A stretch of 64,000 bases of DNA. It comes from an uncultured Poribacteria bacterium. GTDB taxonomy: Bacteria > Poribacteria > WGA-4E > WGA-3G. The DNA is taken from assembly GCA_951813565.1 (NCBI GenBank), contig OX638351.1, positions 4,192,001 to 4,256,000 on the forward strand, read 5' to 3'. This document shows positions 49,014 through 59,675 of the stretch, piece by piece. Both the position numbers and the translations under genes were made by a program. The stretch's first letter is position 1; each line of letters starts with the position of its first letter. The notes under the pieces were generated by a model. It had not been told where the DNA came from, did not search any database, and was given only the letters and a program-made list of their open reading frames with translations.

Positions 49014-49667
49014 TCAATTATTTCGAGATGCTAATTGGAAAGCTGTTTGCCGATTCTGAATTTTCAATATTTCAATTTCGCGTCTAAGGAGTTCGTCAAA
49101 AGAGGCAATTTCCAAAAGTTCCTGCTTTTCATTTAAGGGTATACGTAGCCGTGTTCCAATTTGGTATGCTAATTGTTGAGGGTGTTCAGGATTTTCATCC
49201 GGTGTTTGCCAACTAAAGATTAAGTAACTTGATAATGTTTCATATTCAATGTAAAGCTTACGAGCTTCAGCAGCAATATCGTCCAAGCTTGTGTCGGGTT
49301 CAGCGTCTAACGAATCTAACATGCGTACCCGTCCAACTAAATACGGTTGTTCGTCGTGAACCTCCAATATCTCAAACCGAGAGTGTCCAGATGTCATGAT
49401 ATTCATCTGTCCATCTGGAAACCTCTCAACCTCAACCAAATCAACAGCAGTCCCAATTTTGCACGGTGTTGCTGCTTCGCCAACCTCTTCACCTTCTTTA
49501 ATCATTACAATACCAAAGGACGCTTCGTTTCTAATACAAAACTTCACCATTTCACGATACCGCTGTTCAAAAATATGTAACGGCAGAAAACCACCTGGGA
49601 ACAGAACAACATTTAACGGAAAAAGCGGAAGTTCTTTTTCTTCCATGTGATTCGGATCCGTTTGCAT
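49014..49667 (-). CDS. LON peptidase substrate-binding-domain protein
   Basis: LPLFPLNVVLFPG..LPLHIFEQRY. Confidence 0.9.
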   Translation of the reverse strand: MQTDPNHMEEKELPLFPLNVVLFPGGFLPLHIFEQRYREMVKFCIRNEASFGIVMIKEGEEVGEAATPCKIGTAVDLVEVERFPDGQMNIMTSGHSRFEILEVHDEQPYLVGRVRMLDSLDAEPDTSLDDIAAEARKLYIEYETLSSYLIFSWQTPDENPEHPQQLAYQIGTRLRIPLNEKQELLEIASFDELLRREIEILKIQNRQTAFQLASRNN

Positions 49668-49980
49668 GTGAAACCCTCAATTTGTTTTTTTCAAATTTAT
49701 AGTATATTTCAATTTGATAGGAATTTACATATATTGCACAAAATTTTGTAAAATTTATTCTTTACATTACACCTTTTATTTTGACACATAAATTGGATAT
49801 TTGTCAAGGATAATATTATTTTAGGGTGTCTGTAGTTTTTGACAAAACGCTACGTACCCGCAATTTTAATTCCGTTTGATAAATTAACAGCAAAATGATA
49901 AGATATTGCCATCAACATTTCAGATATTTTATCAATACATCTTCCAATACTGAGAGCATAACGGAGCATATACCAATAAC

Positions 49981-51114
49981 ATGAGCAAAATCGCACACGT
50001 AGAGATTTACCCGACTGCAGTTGGGATGAAAGATGTTTTTACCATCGGTACAGGTTTCGTTGGTGATCCAGATGCTGCAGGACACCATATCTTTGTTAAG
50101 ATTACAACAGATGACGGTTATATCGGTTGGGGTGAACAGCGGGCATTACCGTCGTGGAGCTATGAGACAACAGAGTCTATCACATCCACAATCCGATACC
50201 ATATCACACCCTTACTGCTGGGACAAAACCCTCTGAACCGTAACGAAATACACAACACCATCTATCAGGCGTTAAAACCTGCTGTTAGCAATGGACACCC
50301 TTTTGCTAAAGCAGCCGTTGACATCGCACTGCATGATCTGTGCGGTCAAATCCTAAATGTACCTCTCCATTCTCTCTTCGGCGGAAAACTACACAACACT
50401 CTACCGCTCAGTTACGCTTTAAGTATTGATACCCCAGAAATAATGGCGCTGAAAGCAAAAGCCTTATCTCCCTGTACCTGTTTTAAAGTGAAGGTAGAAG
50501 GTACACCCGAAATGGATGAAGAACGCATACGTGCAGTTCATGGAGCCGCACCCAATGCCAAACTTTGGATTGACGCAAATCAATCTTACACACCATCTAA
50601 TGCATTAGAACTGCTAAAGCGTGTGCAAGATATTAATGAAATCTACTGTATGGAACAGCCAGTTGCAAGCCAAGATTGGTTCGGAATGAAACGGGTACGA
50701 GAGGCAGCATCAATCCCTATTGCCATTGATGAAGGTTGTTTTACGTATTTTGATCTTGGAAAAATTGCGCGTCTTGAATGTGCGGATGCTGTTGTCTTGA
50801 AGGTATGCAAATCTGGCGGTCTAACCGAATGCCTAAAAAGCGTCTATGTCGCAGAAGCCAATGCCATAGAATTGCTCGGTAGCGGTCTAACTGAAGCAGG
50901 CGTGGGTTTCATCGCAAGTATTCATCTTTTCGCAACTATGGATCTTGTGCTGCCTGCCGAACTGAACGCACCCGTTTTTTTAGAAACGATGGCAATAAAC
51001 GGTGTTGAAATTCACGATCATGTTGTTACAGTACCAGATGGTCCAGGTCTCGGTGTTACACCAGACGAAGATTACATTAAAGCGCATCCGCTGACAACTG
51101 ATTCTTTGATGTAA
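49981..51114 (+). CDS. Enolase superfamily, muconate cycloisomerase/dipeptide epimerase-like
   Basis: GWGE, AAVDIALHD, FKVKV, DANQ, EQP, DE, LKVCKSGG, PGLG. Confidence 0.85.
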   Translation: MSKIAHVEIYPTAVGMKDVFTIGTGFVGDPDAAGHHIFVKITTDDGYIGWGEQRALPSWSYETTESITSTIRYHITPLLLGQNPLNRNEIHNTIYQALKPAVSNGHPFAKAAVDIALHDLCGQILNVPLHSLFGGKLHNTLPLSYALSIDTPEIMALKAKALSPCTCFKVKVEGTPEMDEERIRAVHGAAPNAKLWIDANQSYTPSNALELLKRVQDINEIYCMEQPVASQDWFGMKRVREAASIPIAIDEGCFTYFDLGKIARLECADAVVLKVCKSGGLTECLKSVYVAEANAIELLGSGLTEAGVGFIASIHLFATMDLVLPAELNAPVFLETMAINGVEIHDHVVTVPDGPGLGVTPDEDYIKAHPLTTDSLM

Positions 51115-52261
51115 TGAGCATTTCTACCCCGATCGCAATTGCAACCATCGCAGCACACATCAGATATGGACTTTGCGGTCCCAATCCCAAATCGACTGCG
51201 ATCCCACCTAACAAGGGACCTAATAAAATACCAAACCCAAGGATTGATTCGTGCCAACCGCTCTTGTTCCCTTTGTCAGTGTACTTATCCAAACCGTAGT
51301 AAAGACTGCTGAAATAAGTGAATGCAGCAGATAAACCAATTAATGCAAACGCCGCTGTCCAAAGAAAGAAATTCTGGACTCTCCACATTCCGATGAAACT
51401 AAGAATCGCCAGCCCTTGCACAATTAATAGAGGACTAAACCGATAGTGCCATCGCGTAGAAAAACCTGTCCCAAGGACAAGGAACGCCAACGTTTGCGCC
51501 CCTCCAAGTGTCAGCATAAAATTCCCGTACGTTTGGGTAGGTATCCCCATTTCTAATGTCAACTTTGGTGAAAGCCTACGCAAGACACCCAGTCCAAACC
51601 AAGATGCAAAATTTGCACATCGTGCTAAGTTAAGATAGGTTTTTCTGACAGCAGGTGATGGGAATAAAGTCTGAATAGTTTCAGATGATGTTTCTGTCGT
51701 GTGTGAAGCAAATTTAGATTTATGTGAAAACAGTGTTACTATGGTAAACAAACAGAGAGCAACTGACAGATAAAATGGACTAAATGGGTTAGTATCTTGA
51801 TATAGATAACCTGAAACCGCTGGACCTAAGGTTACACCGATACTCCAAAACAAATTGAAAAGCGTTACGCGTTGAACAAGTTTAGTCTCTTCTTCTTGTT
51901 CAGAAAGCCAAGCTTCGTAAGCGGGCCAAAACAGTGCCATGCTAATTCCAATTACTGGAAAAATGGCCAATAGATGAATTTTATTTCGACAAAAAGGGAG
52001 TCCTAAACTCGCAGCCCCAAGTAAAACGCAAGCAGCGTATAGCATACGTCGCCGTTCAACTCGGTCAGATAGCTGCCCAAATGGAATTGCAAGGAATGCG
52101 AAAAAGGCTGTTGCAATTGCCATCAACACACCTAAAAAAGTAGAGGAGAGTCCGAGAAAACTACTATAAAAAGAGGAATTCGTTAGGACACTGCTGAGGG
52201 CAAAATCAATTAATAAGACTGGAAAATAGACAGTAAAAAGTTGGCTCGGTTTTAGGCGCAT
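51077..52261 (-). CDS. MFS transporter
   Basis: About 12 TM; GQLSDRVERR motif A; 3' end overlaps the convergent enolase gene by 38 bp. Confidence 0.85.
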   Translation of the reverse strand: MRLKPSQLFTVYFPVLLIDFALSSVLTNSSFYSSFLGLSSTFLGVLMAIATAFFAFLAIPFGQLSDRVERRRMLYAACVLLGAASLGLPFCRNKIHLLAIFPVIGISMALFWPAYEAWLSEQEEETKLVQRVTLFNLFWSIGVTLGPAVSGYLYQDTNPFSPFYLSVALCLFTIVTLFSHKSKFASHTTETSSETIQTLFPSPAVRKTYLNLARCANFASWFGLGVLRRLSPKLTLEMGIPTQTYGNFMLTLGGAQTLAFLVLGTGFSTRWHYRFSPLLIVQGLAILSFIGMWRVQNFFLWTAAFALIGLSAAFTYFSSLYYGLDKYTDKGNKSGWHESILGFGILLGPLLGGIAVDLGLGPQSPYLMCAAMVAIAIGVEMLITSKNQLSADAL

Positions 52262-52326
52262 TTATAGCGTTTTGTAGAGAAAGTTTCTGAATTCCTTTCC
52301 ACAGTAAAATAAAAGTAGATAGGTTT

Positions 52327-53325
52327 TTATGGATCCACAATCTTTGCATCAACAGTGTGATAGCCTAAGATGTCTACCGGTTTGACCTTAATCGAAATCT
52401 CATCTTGCGTGACTCCGCTGTTTGTTGTCGCTCTCGCGTAAACCTCAACAGGTCCTTTTTTCTTCGGTACCTGCCACTGCCACTTCCAGAGCACCCATGC
52501 AAGTGGTGTATCCTTCGCCCAAATTTCCGCTTCTTTCCATGTTTCCCCGTAATCAATGCTTACTTCTACCTTCTTGATTCCACCATGATGCCCCGCATCA
52601 AAAGCCGCTCCACTTACGATATAGGTAGAACCTGCGACGATTTCTTCTTCTGCACTGGGGGTTCCAATAACAGTAGCGAGTTTCACATTCGCAATAGGAT
52701 CCCACCCTCGTTTTTCCCAATAACTTTCGTGTTTTTCTGCTAATTGGATATTCACAATCCATTTCGGATTTTTAGTGCCATAATGACCGGGATTGAGCAA
52801 ACGGACAGGAAATCCGTGATCCGTAGGAAGGGGTTCACCGTTCATCTCATAAGCGAGAATTGTATCTTCGTGCATAGCATCCTCTAAAGGAATTGCCGTA
52901 TGATAACCGTCTTGACATCGAAATACAACAACTTTCGCATTGGCTTTAACACCTGCTTTCTGAAGAAGGTCACGCAAGCGGATACCTTTCCACTCCGCAT
53001 TCCCCATCTGTTCGGTACCAATCGGATCACCGATGCATTTCAAGGTTCGCATTGTCTCGACCGATTCTATCGCTTTGATGTCTTCAAGTCTAAACGATGT
53101 ACCGGGTTTCTCGACCAAGCCAGTAATAACTAATTGCCAATTTGCTGCGTTAATGACCTCAGGATCATCTATCTGAAGGATATAGAATTCTTCATTAGGT
53201 GTTATTAGAGTGTGAGGCTTAAGTATAAGTACAGGTATATCATCCTGCTGCGCCTCTAATTGAAGCGGCAAAACCATTCCTGCAGCACTTATCGCGCTTA
53301 ATTTGATGAAAGTCCTTCGTTTCAT
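52327..53325 (-). CDS. Tat-exported sulfite-oxidase-family molybdopterin oxidoreductase
   Basis: MKRRTFIK Tat motif, TLKCIG, MNGEPLPTDHGFPVR, KW, YWEKRGW, VEVS.D.G.TW. Confidence 0.88.
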   Translation of the reverse strand: MKRRTFIKLSAISAAGMVLPLQLEAQQDDIPVLILKPHTLITPNEEFYILQIDDPEVINAANWQLVITGLVEKPGTSFRLEDIKAIESVETMRTLKCIGDPIGTEQMGNAEWKGIRLRDLLQKAGVKANAKVVVFRCQDGYHTAIPLEDAMHEDTILAYEMNGEPLPTDHGFPVRLLNPGHYGTKNPKWIVNIQLAEKHESYWEKRGWDPIANVKLATVIGTPSAEEEIVAGSTYIVSGAAFDAGHHGGIKKVEVSIDYGETWKEAEIWAKDTPLAWVLWKWQWQVPKKKGPVEVYARATTNSGVTQDEISIKVKPVDILGYHTVDAKIVDP

Positions 53326-53537
53326 TATATCTCCCTGTTTTGCGAATCTGGCTTGGTTTTATTGCCTCGCATCCGCATTGTTATTTTAGTTACACCTCTT
53401 ATCATGATGGCTGTACCGAAGGAGAGAAATAAAGGGAGTCCCCAATTCCAATGGTAGAAATAGTACGCGATAAAACATACAATCATTAAGACAATTAAAG
53501 TGTTCAAAAGTGCTTTGTTTTCGTACCATTTTTGCAT
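53325..53537 (-). CDS. Small 2-TM membrane protein, coupled to the Mo-enzyme gene
   Basis: TAATG stop/start overlap at 53325. Confidence 0.6.
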   Translation of the reverse strand: MQKWYENKALLNTLIVLMIVCFIAYYFYHWNWGLPLFLSFGTAIMIRGVTKITMRMRGNKTKPDSQNREI

Positions 53538-53763
53538 CTGTCTAAAGTTCTATTCTGAGTGGGTGCTCGTGGATTCAATCAACTCAGATTGAATAATCAT
53601 ATCAAAAATCAACTGTAACGTCTATAAATCAAAATTTATCACTCGGACTTCTGTGAATTTTTTCAGGGACAAAACGGAATTACCTCATATACTGATAATA
53701 GAATGATACCAAATATGATGATAAATTTCAATCCAAAATTATCTTTCTGATTTCCCCCAATTT

Positions 53764-54988
53764 TTGAGGGTCCATATTTGTTTGTATTCTCATAATAGTT
53801 GTGCAAAAGTGTTTTGTATGCTAAACTGCTTTCAAATCTTATTTTATAGCATATATTTTAGAGGTATTCCACTGAAACAGATTGCATCGGACAAAGTCCA
53901 TCCACGCGTGCTCATCCCACAAGTAAAACAAGGGTTCAAAAAAGTGTTGAAGCGTCCTGCTCTCAGAAATCTTATTTTGGTCATATTGGCGTGTCTTCAC
54001 ACGAAAACATTTCAAATAAGGACGATTTCGGCACACTTACCCGTTTGCGTTGCCCATTATAAAACGAAACAAAAACGACTGCTCCGGTTTATCAACTCAA
54101 ACTTTCCGACATCTATTGCTATGGAGGCGTGGTGTGTCTTTGTCTTATCGTGGTTATATGACAAAACAGGGCGTGTGCCCCGCACCCTGCTTGTAGATGA
54201 GAATGATATTCTCCGAGACTACAGGATTATTGTTATTGCTGTGCCATTTCGCAAACGCGCTATTCCGATCTATTGGAAAATCTACAAAAAAGACGCTTTT
54301 GACAAGATCGTCTACCCGAGCCATAATGTGCTTGTTCAAGAGTTTGGTTGCCAGTTCATCAAGCAGTTTGAAACCGCCTACCGAATGTCCAAAGACCGAT
54401 CCTCGTGTTTGACAGAGGATGTGCGCGCGCAAGGTATCTGATGAAACCTCTGATGGAAACTGGTATTGAGTTTGTCGGATGCGTTTGTCCAAATACTTGT
54501 TTTATTCCAAAGGACAACGCATCAAACTTGAGACACAGAAAAATACAGAGGCTTATCCTAACATATCTTATCACAGCACAGAGAAACTCAAACTGAACCT
54601 TTATGTTTTTAGAGATGTTCGCCATAAAGAACCGCTTTATCTCATTTCAAATAGTGGACAGAACGCACAACTCTATCGGCCTATAAAAAGCGGATGCGGA
54701 TAGAAGAATGTTTCCGAGATATAAAGACATTATTCGGGTTCTGGCATTTACGATTGAAGCAGCAAGAACTACCACGGATCGTATTATTATGGTTTATCGT
54801 TTGTATGAGTTATGGTATCTGTTTCCTCCATTTTGAAAAATCTGGGGAGCGGTGGATAAAAACCTATAATACACAAAAACATATTCACTCATTTTTGCTA
54901 TAAAAAGAATACTGGAGACAACCTGGGAACCAGACATTTTCCTTGACCCGTATTTTACTATAACCGATTGTGTGGGATAAAGTCCGTA
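53764..54988 (+). pseudogene. Frameshifted IS4-family (IS10-like) transposase
   Basis: Fragments in several frames: LLVDE, RAIPIYW, FDRG, YLISN, RIEECFRDIK; element ends not confidently defined. Confidence 0.75.
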
Positions 54989-55162
54989 GCAGTCCAGCAT
55001 TGACCTCCTCACACAAAGTATCTAAAAAACCTTATGCACATTTGTTTCTACAAAAACTGGGGTAAACCAGAATCATAAAGATTGTAAAAAGGTGATTGCC
55101 GTGGTAACATAATTCAAGCATATGTGGTGAAGGAACGAGCAACAAGGTAGCATGGAGGGAGT

Positions 55163-56980
55163 ATGAGCGTAAATAGATTTGATCGGTGGATTGGTAGAGA
55201 CCAATTGAGTCCCAATGAAATAGATGGTAACCGCTTCTTAAAAGCTGCAAGTCTCTTTGCAGGGACAGCGATACAATGCGGGAGAGACAAATACAGCGGT
55301 AAAGATATGCCACTCTTTGCCGACTGCCTTCATATTGACCATTTGAAGGCACCCAGATCAATGACATCTCACCGCTCAGGCACAGAGCCAAAACCGACGG
55401 TTTGGAGTTTCTTTCAAAATCAGCAGAACTTGATGCGGTTGCTTGGCTCTTTAAGCCAGTTCACTGGAGATAGCAAATATGTCTATGCCGCAGGGGAATC
55501 CGCTGAATACATGTTCAATAACTATTGGTATCCAGAAAGTGGCGTTCTGCATTGGGGCGGACACGGCTATGTGGACTTAGTTACCGGTAATAGATATGGT
55601 ATGAAGGGCGTTGTCCACGAAATAGAGGATGTTTATCCGTACTGGGAGTTGCTGAGAACCGTGGATGCCGACCGTGGCGAGATGCTGATGAAAGGTATTT
55701 GGGAAGTGAATATAAAGGATTGGGATGCCTTACACTACAACCGACACGGTGATTTCAAAAAGCAGGTTGATCATGCTAACACATGGAATAGACCCTGGGA
55801 TGGATACAAAGAACCCAAAATCAGTGGAGACCTCTCGTTTATTAGTGTGGCACTGGATTTGGCTTATGCTGGTTATAGCTTGGGCTACCAAAAGCAGGAG
55901 GAGGCACCGCGTATTTGGGCGGAACGCCTCTTAAATCTGATTATAAAACAGCGAGACTCAGAGACTGGCATCTGGCCCAATCTTGTTCATCCGCAAAGTG
56001 CCAAACGAGGGCTTAATGTATTCGGCAGAAAATATCCACAAGCGACTGAACCGAGAGTCTATGTAGGCAATCAGTTGAATCACACCATTACCCAGATGAT
56101 GGGTATGCTTACAATCGTAGAGAATGCCGAAAAGTATGGTCGTATCGGTGAGATGGCGCACATCAAAGAAGCGGTTGAGCAACACATCATCGGTTTCCTA
56201 AATGCCTCCTACGATCAGAAAAGCAATACATTGAAAAGTATCGTGATTGATGGAACGGATCTCACAGATTTTCGGATAAAGGGACCTTTCAAGACAGAGA
56301 AACTTTACTTTGGTGCGAAAGAAGGCGGCACATTTCTGCCGCAGAACATTACGCCGCTTTTTACCTCAGTTTGTGCGCGTGGATATCGTGTTTCTGGTGG
56401 CAGAAGTGAATTCAGGGATTACTTACGGACCATGTTTAAAGCCTTTGGTATTGGAGACATCGGTGCTGACAAAAACAGCCAACCGATGTTAGATTATGAC
56501 ACAACTGCTCTGGAACCCGCTTATATCTTCGCTCTGATTGATCTGTATCGGGTAGAACCGAAGACGGAATTTCTGGCAATGGCGGAGCGAATAGGGGACA
56601 ACCTGCTGCAAGGCAGACAAGATGCCGATAGCGGTCTTTTTACGCTTGAAGATGGTTTTATTTTTCATAGTCGGGTTATGGATAAACCTGAACTACAGGA
56701 GGGACATGAAGGGAAAAGCGTGGCTGAACTTCTGCAGGATACACACAGAACCGCAAACCTTGATGCGATGGAGCCCTTAGCACTGCTCAGCATCTACGCT
56801 GCACAAACCGGACAGTACAACCTCATGCCTGGATGGACAGCCGGCGGGCTTTACCTCAAGGTGAGCAGCGTCGGTCATATAGTAAGCAGAGAAATGCAGC
56901 TATGGTTTGATAAGCCTGCACTCAAGCAATTTTACAAGGACAATAATATCAACTGCACCTGGGATATTGATGAAGGCTGA
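55163..56980 (+). CDS. Polysaccharide lyase family 2 (pectate lyase-like)
   Basis: PLFAD, QQNLMR..SLSQFTGD.KY, WGGH..VDL, HE....PYWELL, YNRHG. Confidence 0.75.
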   Translation: MSVNRFDRWIGRDQLSPNEIDGNRFLKAASLFAGTAIQCGRDKYSGKDMPLFADCLHIDHLKAPRSMTSHRSGTEPKPTVWSFFQNQQNLMRLLGSLSQFTGDSKYVYAAGESAEYMFNNYWYPESGVLHWGGHGYVDLVTGNRYGMKGVVHEIEDVYPYWELLRTVDADRGEMLMKGIWEVNIKDWDALHYNRHGDFKKQVDHANTWNRPWDGYKEPKISGDLSFISVALDLAYAGYSLGYQKQEEAPRIWAERLLNLIIKQRDSETGIWPNLVHPQSAKRGLNVFGRKYPQATEPRVYVGNQLNHTITQMMGMLTIVENAEKYGRIGEMAHIKEAVEQHIIGFLNASYDQKSNTLKSIVIDGTDLTDFRIKGPFKTEKLYFGAKEGGTFLPQNITPLFTSVCARGYRVSGGRSEFRDYLRTMFKAFGIGDIGADKNSQPMLDYDTTALEPAYIFALIDLYRVEPKTEFLAMAERIGDNLLQGRQDADSGLFTLEDGFIFHSRVMDKPELQEGHEGKSVAELLQDTHRTANLDAMEPLALLSIYAAQTGQYNLMPGWTAGGLYLKVSSVGHIVSREMQLWFDKPALKQFYKDNNINCTWDIDEG

Positions 56981-57127
56981 AATGGCTGTCAGCAAATAGG
57001 TTGTGTTTTACAGAAGTCTCTTTACTGATGGCTGAAAACTGATAGCTAATAAAAATGTTGACAATCTCCTCAAATTTAGCATATCATAGCGATAAGTCTT
57101 GCAACGTTGCTATCAAAGGAGAAAATT

Positions 57128-57898
57128 ATGAAAATTATGCGTATCCGAATCCTGGTTTGGCTATTTGTCATAAGTCTTATAATGCCCGGTATACTTTCGG
57201 CAAAGAACTTAGCACTTGAATTAGATGGCTCTACGGCGATTGAAGTTCCTAATAGCGATAGTATCAATCCTAAAAAAGCCATAACGATTGAGGCGTGGAT
57301 GAACATGGAAAAACCGGTTGGCGAATGCGTTGCTAAAGATTGGGGCGGTCGAAGGGATTACATTTTTCCAGAGATTATCCAAAATGGAGCGGGATTGCGA
57401 TTTGTACTCTGGCCTGGAACGAAAATCCTTGATGTCCAGGGCTTAAAACTCAATGAATGGCAGCATGTTGCTGGTGTCTGGGACGGAAAAGAGATGCGGA
57501 CGTATATTGATGGAAAAAAGATGGGAAGTACGCCCTATGATGCACCTGAGTTAGCTGCCACTGGTGCAAGTCTATATATCGGTGTGGGAGACAGTAAAAA
57601 TTGGTTTTGCCAAGGGCTTATTGACGAAATTCGCATTTGGGAAGTGGCCCGGACTGAAGCGGAAATTAACGAATTCATGATGAAAACACTTAACGGAGAT
57701 GAGGACGGTTTAAACGCGCAGTACAGTTTTGATGAAGGGGATGCAAGAGATAGTACCCCGAACAAGAATGATGGTGATGATGGTTTTGGTAAACCCGTAT
57801 ATGTTGATGTCACGAACCAACTGAAACTTGAACCGCTTTCTGTAGATGTTAAAGATAAACTTACTATAACATGGGCTTGGTTGAAGCGAACTCGCTGA
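57128..57898 (+). CDS. Secreted LamG-domain protein
   Basis: ITIEAW, WQHVAGVWDG, GLIDEIRIW..ART..EI, tail SVDVKDKLTITWAWLKRTR. Confidence 0.85.
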   Translation: MKIMRIRILVWLFVISLIMPGILSAKNLALELDGSTAIEVPNSDSINPKKAITIEAWMNMEKPVGECVAKDWGGRRDYIFPEIIQNGAGLRFVLWPGTKILDVQGLKLNEWQHVAGVWDGKEMRTYIDGKKMGSTPYDAPELAATGASLYIGVGDSKNWFCQGLIDEIRIWEVARTEAEINEFMMKTLNGDEDGLNAQYSFDEGDARDSTPNKNDGDDGFGKPVYVDVTNQLKLEPLSVDVKDKLTITWAWLKRTR

Positions 57899-57930
57899 TA
57901 GTTGTCAGCCACCCGAAAGGAGCACCGAAA

Positions 57931-58734
57931 ATGGCGAAAGTCCTCTCACTCGTAGCATATAACGATTTAGAAAGTCAAGTTGAAGCACTTGAAAGGGATG
58001 GTTATGCCTATTTTCCCAGTGTGCTTGATGCTGAGGAGATCGCTGAATTGCGAGCAACTATGGATCGATTAGAGGCGATTCCAGAGTGCTTAGATACACA
58101 CCAAACGCCCCAAAATGGTGGAAAATTCCTCAACAAAATCATTAACAACTCCTTTAATCGAGATCCGCTGTATCTCCAATTCCTTGACAAATCACCCATT
58201 ATTGAGGTAGCCGAAGCGACGCACGGTGACGATTGTCATTGCATCGGTATGCAATCGTGGCTAACAGGCCCAGGACGTCCAGATCAGGGGTTACATACCG
58301 ATTGGCTGCCAGTTCCATTACCGGCAGACATTCGTTCAGATCCACGCGTCAAAATCCCAATCTTCATCACCACCGCCCATTACTATCTCAATGATATGTC
58401 CGAGGAATTGGGACCGACGAAGTTTGTTCCAGGCAGCCATTTTTCCGGTTGCTCCCCAAGCGGTGCAACCGAGTGGAATAACCGGGGTGAAGAGAGTATC
58501 TTATGCAATGCGGGGGATGTGGTGTTGTTCCGTAGTGAAGTCTGGCATCGCGGTTCAGCTAATACGACTGACGAAACCCGTTACCTCTTACAGGTACACT
58601 ATGCCAAACGGATGATTACACAGAAATATCCTCCTTATCTGAACAGATTTCAGTTTGATGAATCAATTCTCGCCCAAACGAACCCTCGGCAGAGACGGCT
58701 CCTCGGCGATCATCGACCCAGTAACTATGATTGA
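57931..58734 (+). CDS. PhyH-family dioxygenase, tandem paralog A
   Basis: LERDGY, HTD, VPGSH, WHRG..N..R; ATG 57931 after AGGAG. Confidence 0.9.
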   Translation: MAKVLSLVAYNDLESQVEALERDGYAYFPSVLDAEEIAELRATMDRLEAIPECLDTHQTPQNGGKFLNKIINNSFNRDPLYLQFLDKSPIIEVAEATHGDDCHCIGMQSWLTGPGRPDQGLHTDWLPVPLPADIRSDPRVKIPIFITTAHYYLNDMSEELGPTKFVPGSHFSGCSPSGATEWNNRGEESILCNAGDVVLFRSEVWHRGSANTTDETRYLLQVHYAKRMITQKYPPYLNRFQFDESILAQTNPRQRRLLGDHRPSNYD

Positions 58735-58850
58735 GGCAACACGTAATTTGAGGTGCGTCCTTGCTGGATTCAGACGGTTGGGTAGTCAGTAGTGCACGCC
58801 TTAAATTGCTGAACTTTGGACAATTTTAAAATCCTCATGGAGTACTGAAA

Positions 58851-59654
58851 ATGGCGAAGGAACTTTCACTTGTGGCATACACCGATTTAGAAAGCCAAGT
58901 TGAAGCACTGGAAAGGGATGGTTATGTCTATTTCCCTCGCGTGCTTGATGCTGAGGAAGTCGCCGTATTGCGCGCTGCCATGGATCGATTAGAGGCAATC
59001 CCTGAGTCTCATGATCGGGACGAAACACCTCAAAATGGCGATGCATTCCTCCACAAACTCATCAGTAACTCATTTAATCGCGACCCTTTGTACCTCCAAT
59101 TCCTTGACAAATCACCTGTTATTGAAGTTGCCGAGGCAGCACATGGCGAGGATTGCCATTGCATCGGTATGCATTCGTGGTTGACAGGACCAGGGCGTCC
59201 GGATCAGGGGTTACACACAGATTGGCTGCCAATTAGTTTACCAGCAGATATTCGTTCCGATCTGCGTGTCAGAATCCCAATCTTCATCACCACTGCTCAT
59301 TACTATCTCAATGATATGTCCGAGGAATTAGGGCCGACGAAGTTCGTCCCAGGCAGCCATTTCTCTGGATGCTCTCCAAACGGGGCAACAGAATGGAATA
59401 ACAGAGGAGAAGAGAGTATCTTGTGTAATGCGGGGGATGTGGTGCTTTTCCGCAGTGAAGTTTGGCATCGTGGCTCCGCCAATACGAGTGACGAAACCCG
59501 TTATCTCTTGCAGGTACACTATGCTATGCGTATGATTACACAGAAATACCCGCCTTATCTGAATAAGTTTCAGTTTGATGAATCGATCCTCGCGCAAGCG
59601 AATTCTCGGCAGAGACGGCTCCTCGGCGATCATCGACCGAGTAATTATGATTGA
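58851..59654 (+). CDS. PhyH-family dioxygenase, tandem paralog B
   Basis: Same length (267 aa) and near-identical to paralog A. Confidence 0.9.
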   Translation: MAKELSLVAYTDLESQVEALERDGYVYFPRVLDAEEVAVLRAAMDRLEAIPESHDRDETPQNGDAFLHKLISNSFNRDPLYLQFLDKSPVIEVAEAAHGEDCHCIGMHSWLTGPGRPDQGLHTDWLPISLPADIRSDLRVRIPIFITTAHYYLNDMSEELGPTKFVPGSHFSGCSPNGATEWNNRGEESILCNAGDVVLFRSEVWHRGSANTSDETRYLLQVHYAMRMITQKYPPYLNKFQFDESILAQANSRQRRLLGDHRPSNYD

Positions 59655-59675
59655 TTGCCTTAATTCTATAAAGAA

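Noticed and set aside
41896..54988. Homopolymer frameshifts as systematic sequencing error
   Set aside because: Lesions are confined to IS and IS-adjacent genes while long housekeeping ORFs are intact; real decay is more likely, though unproven without reads.
57931..59654. DGR template/variable repeat pair
   Set aside because: Differences are not adenine-specific, both copies are full ORFs, and there is no reverse transcriptase.
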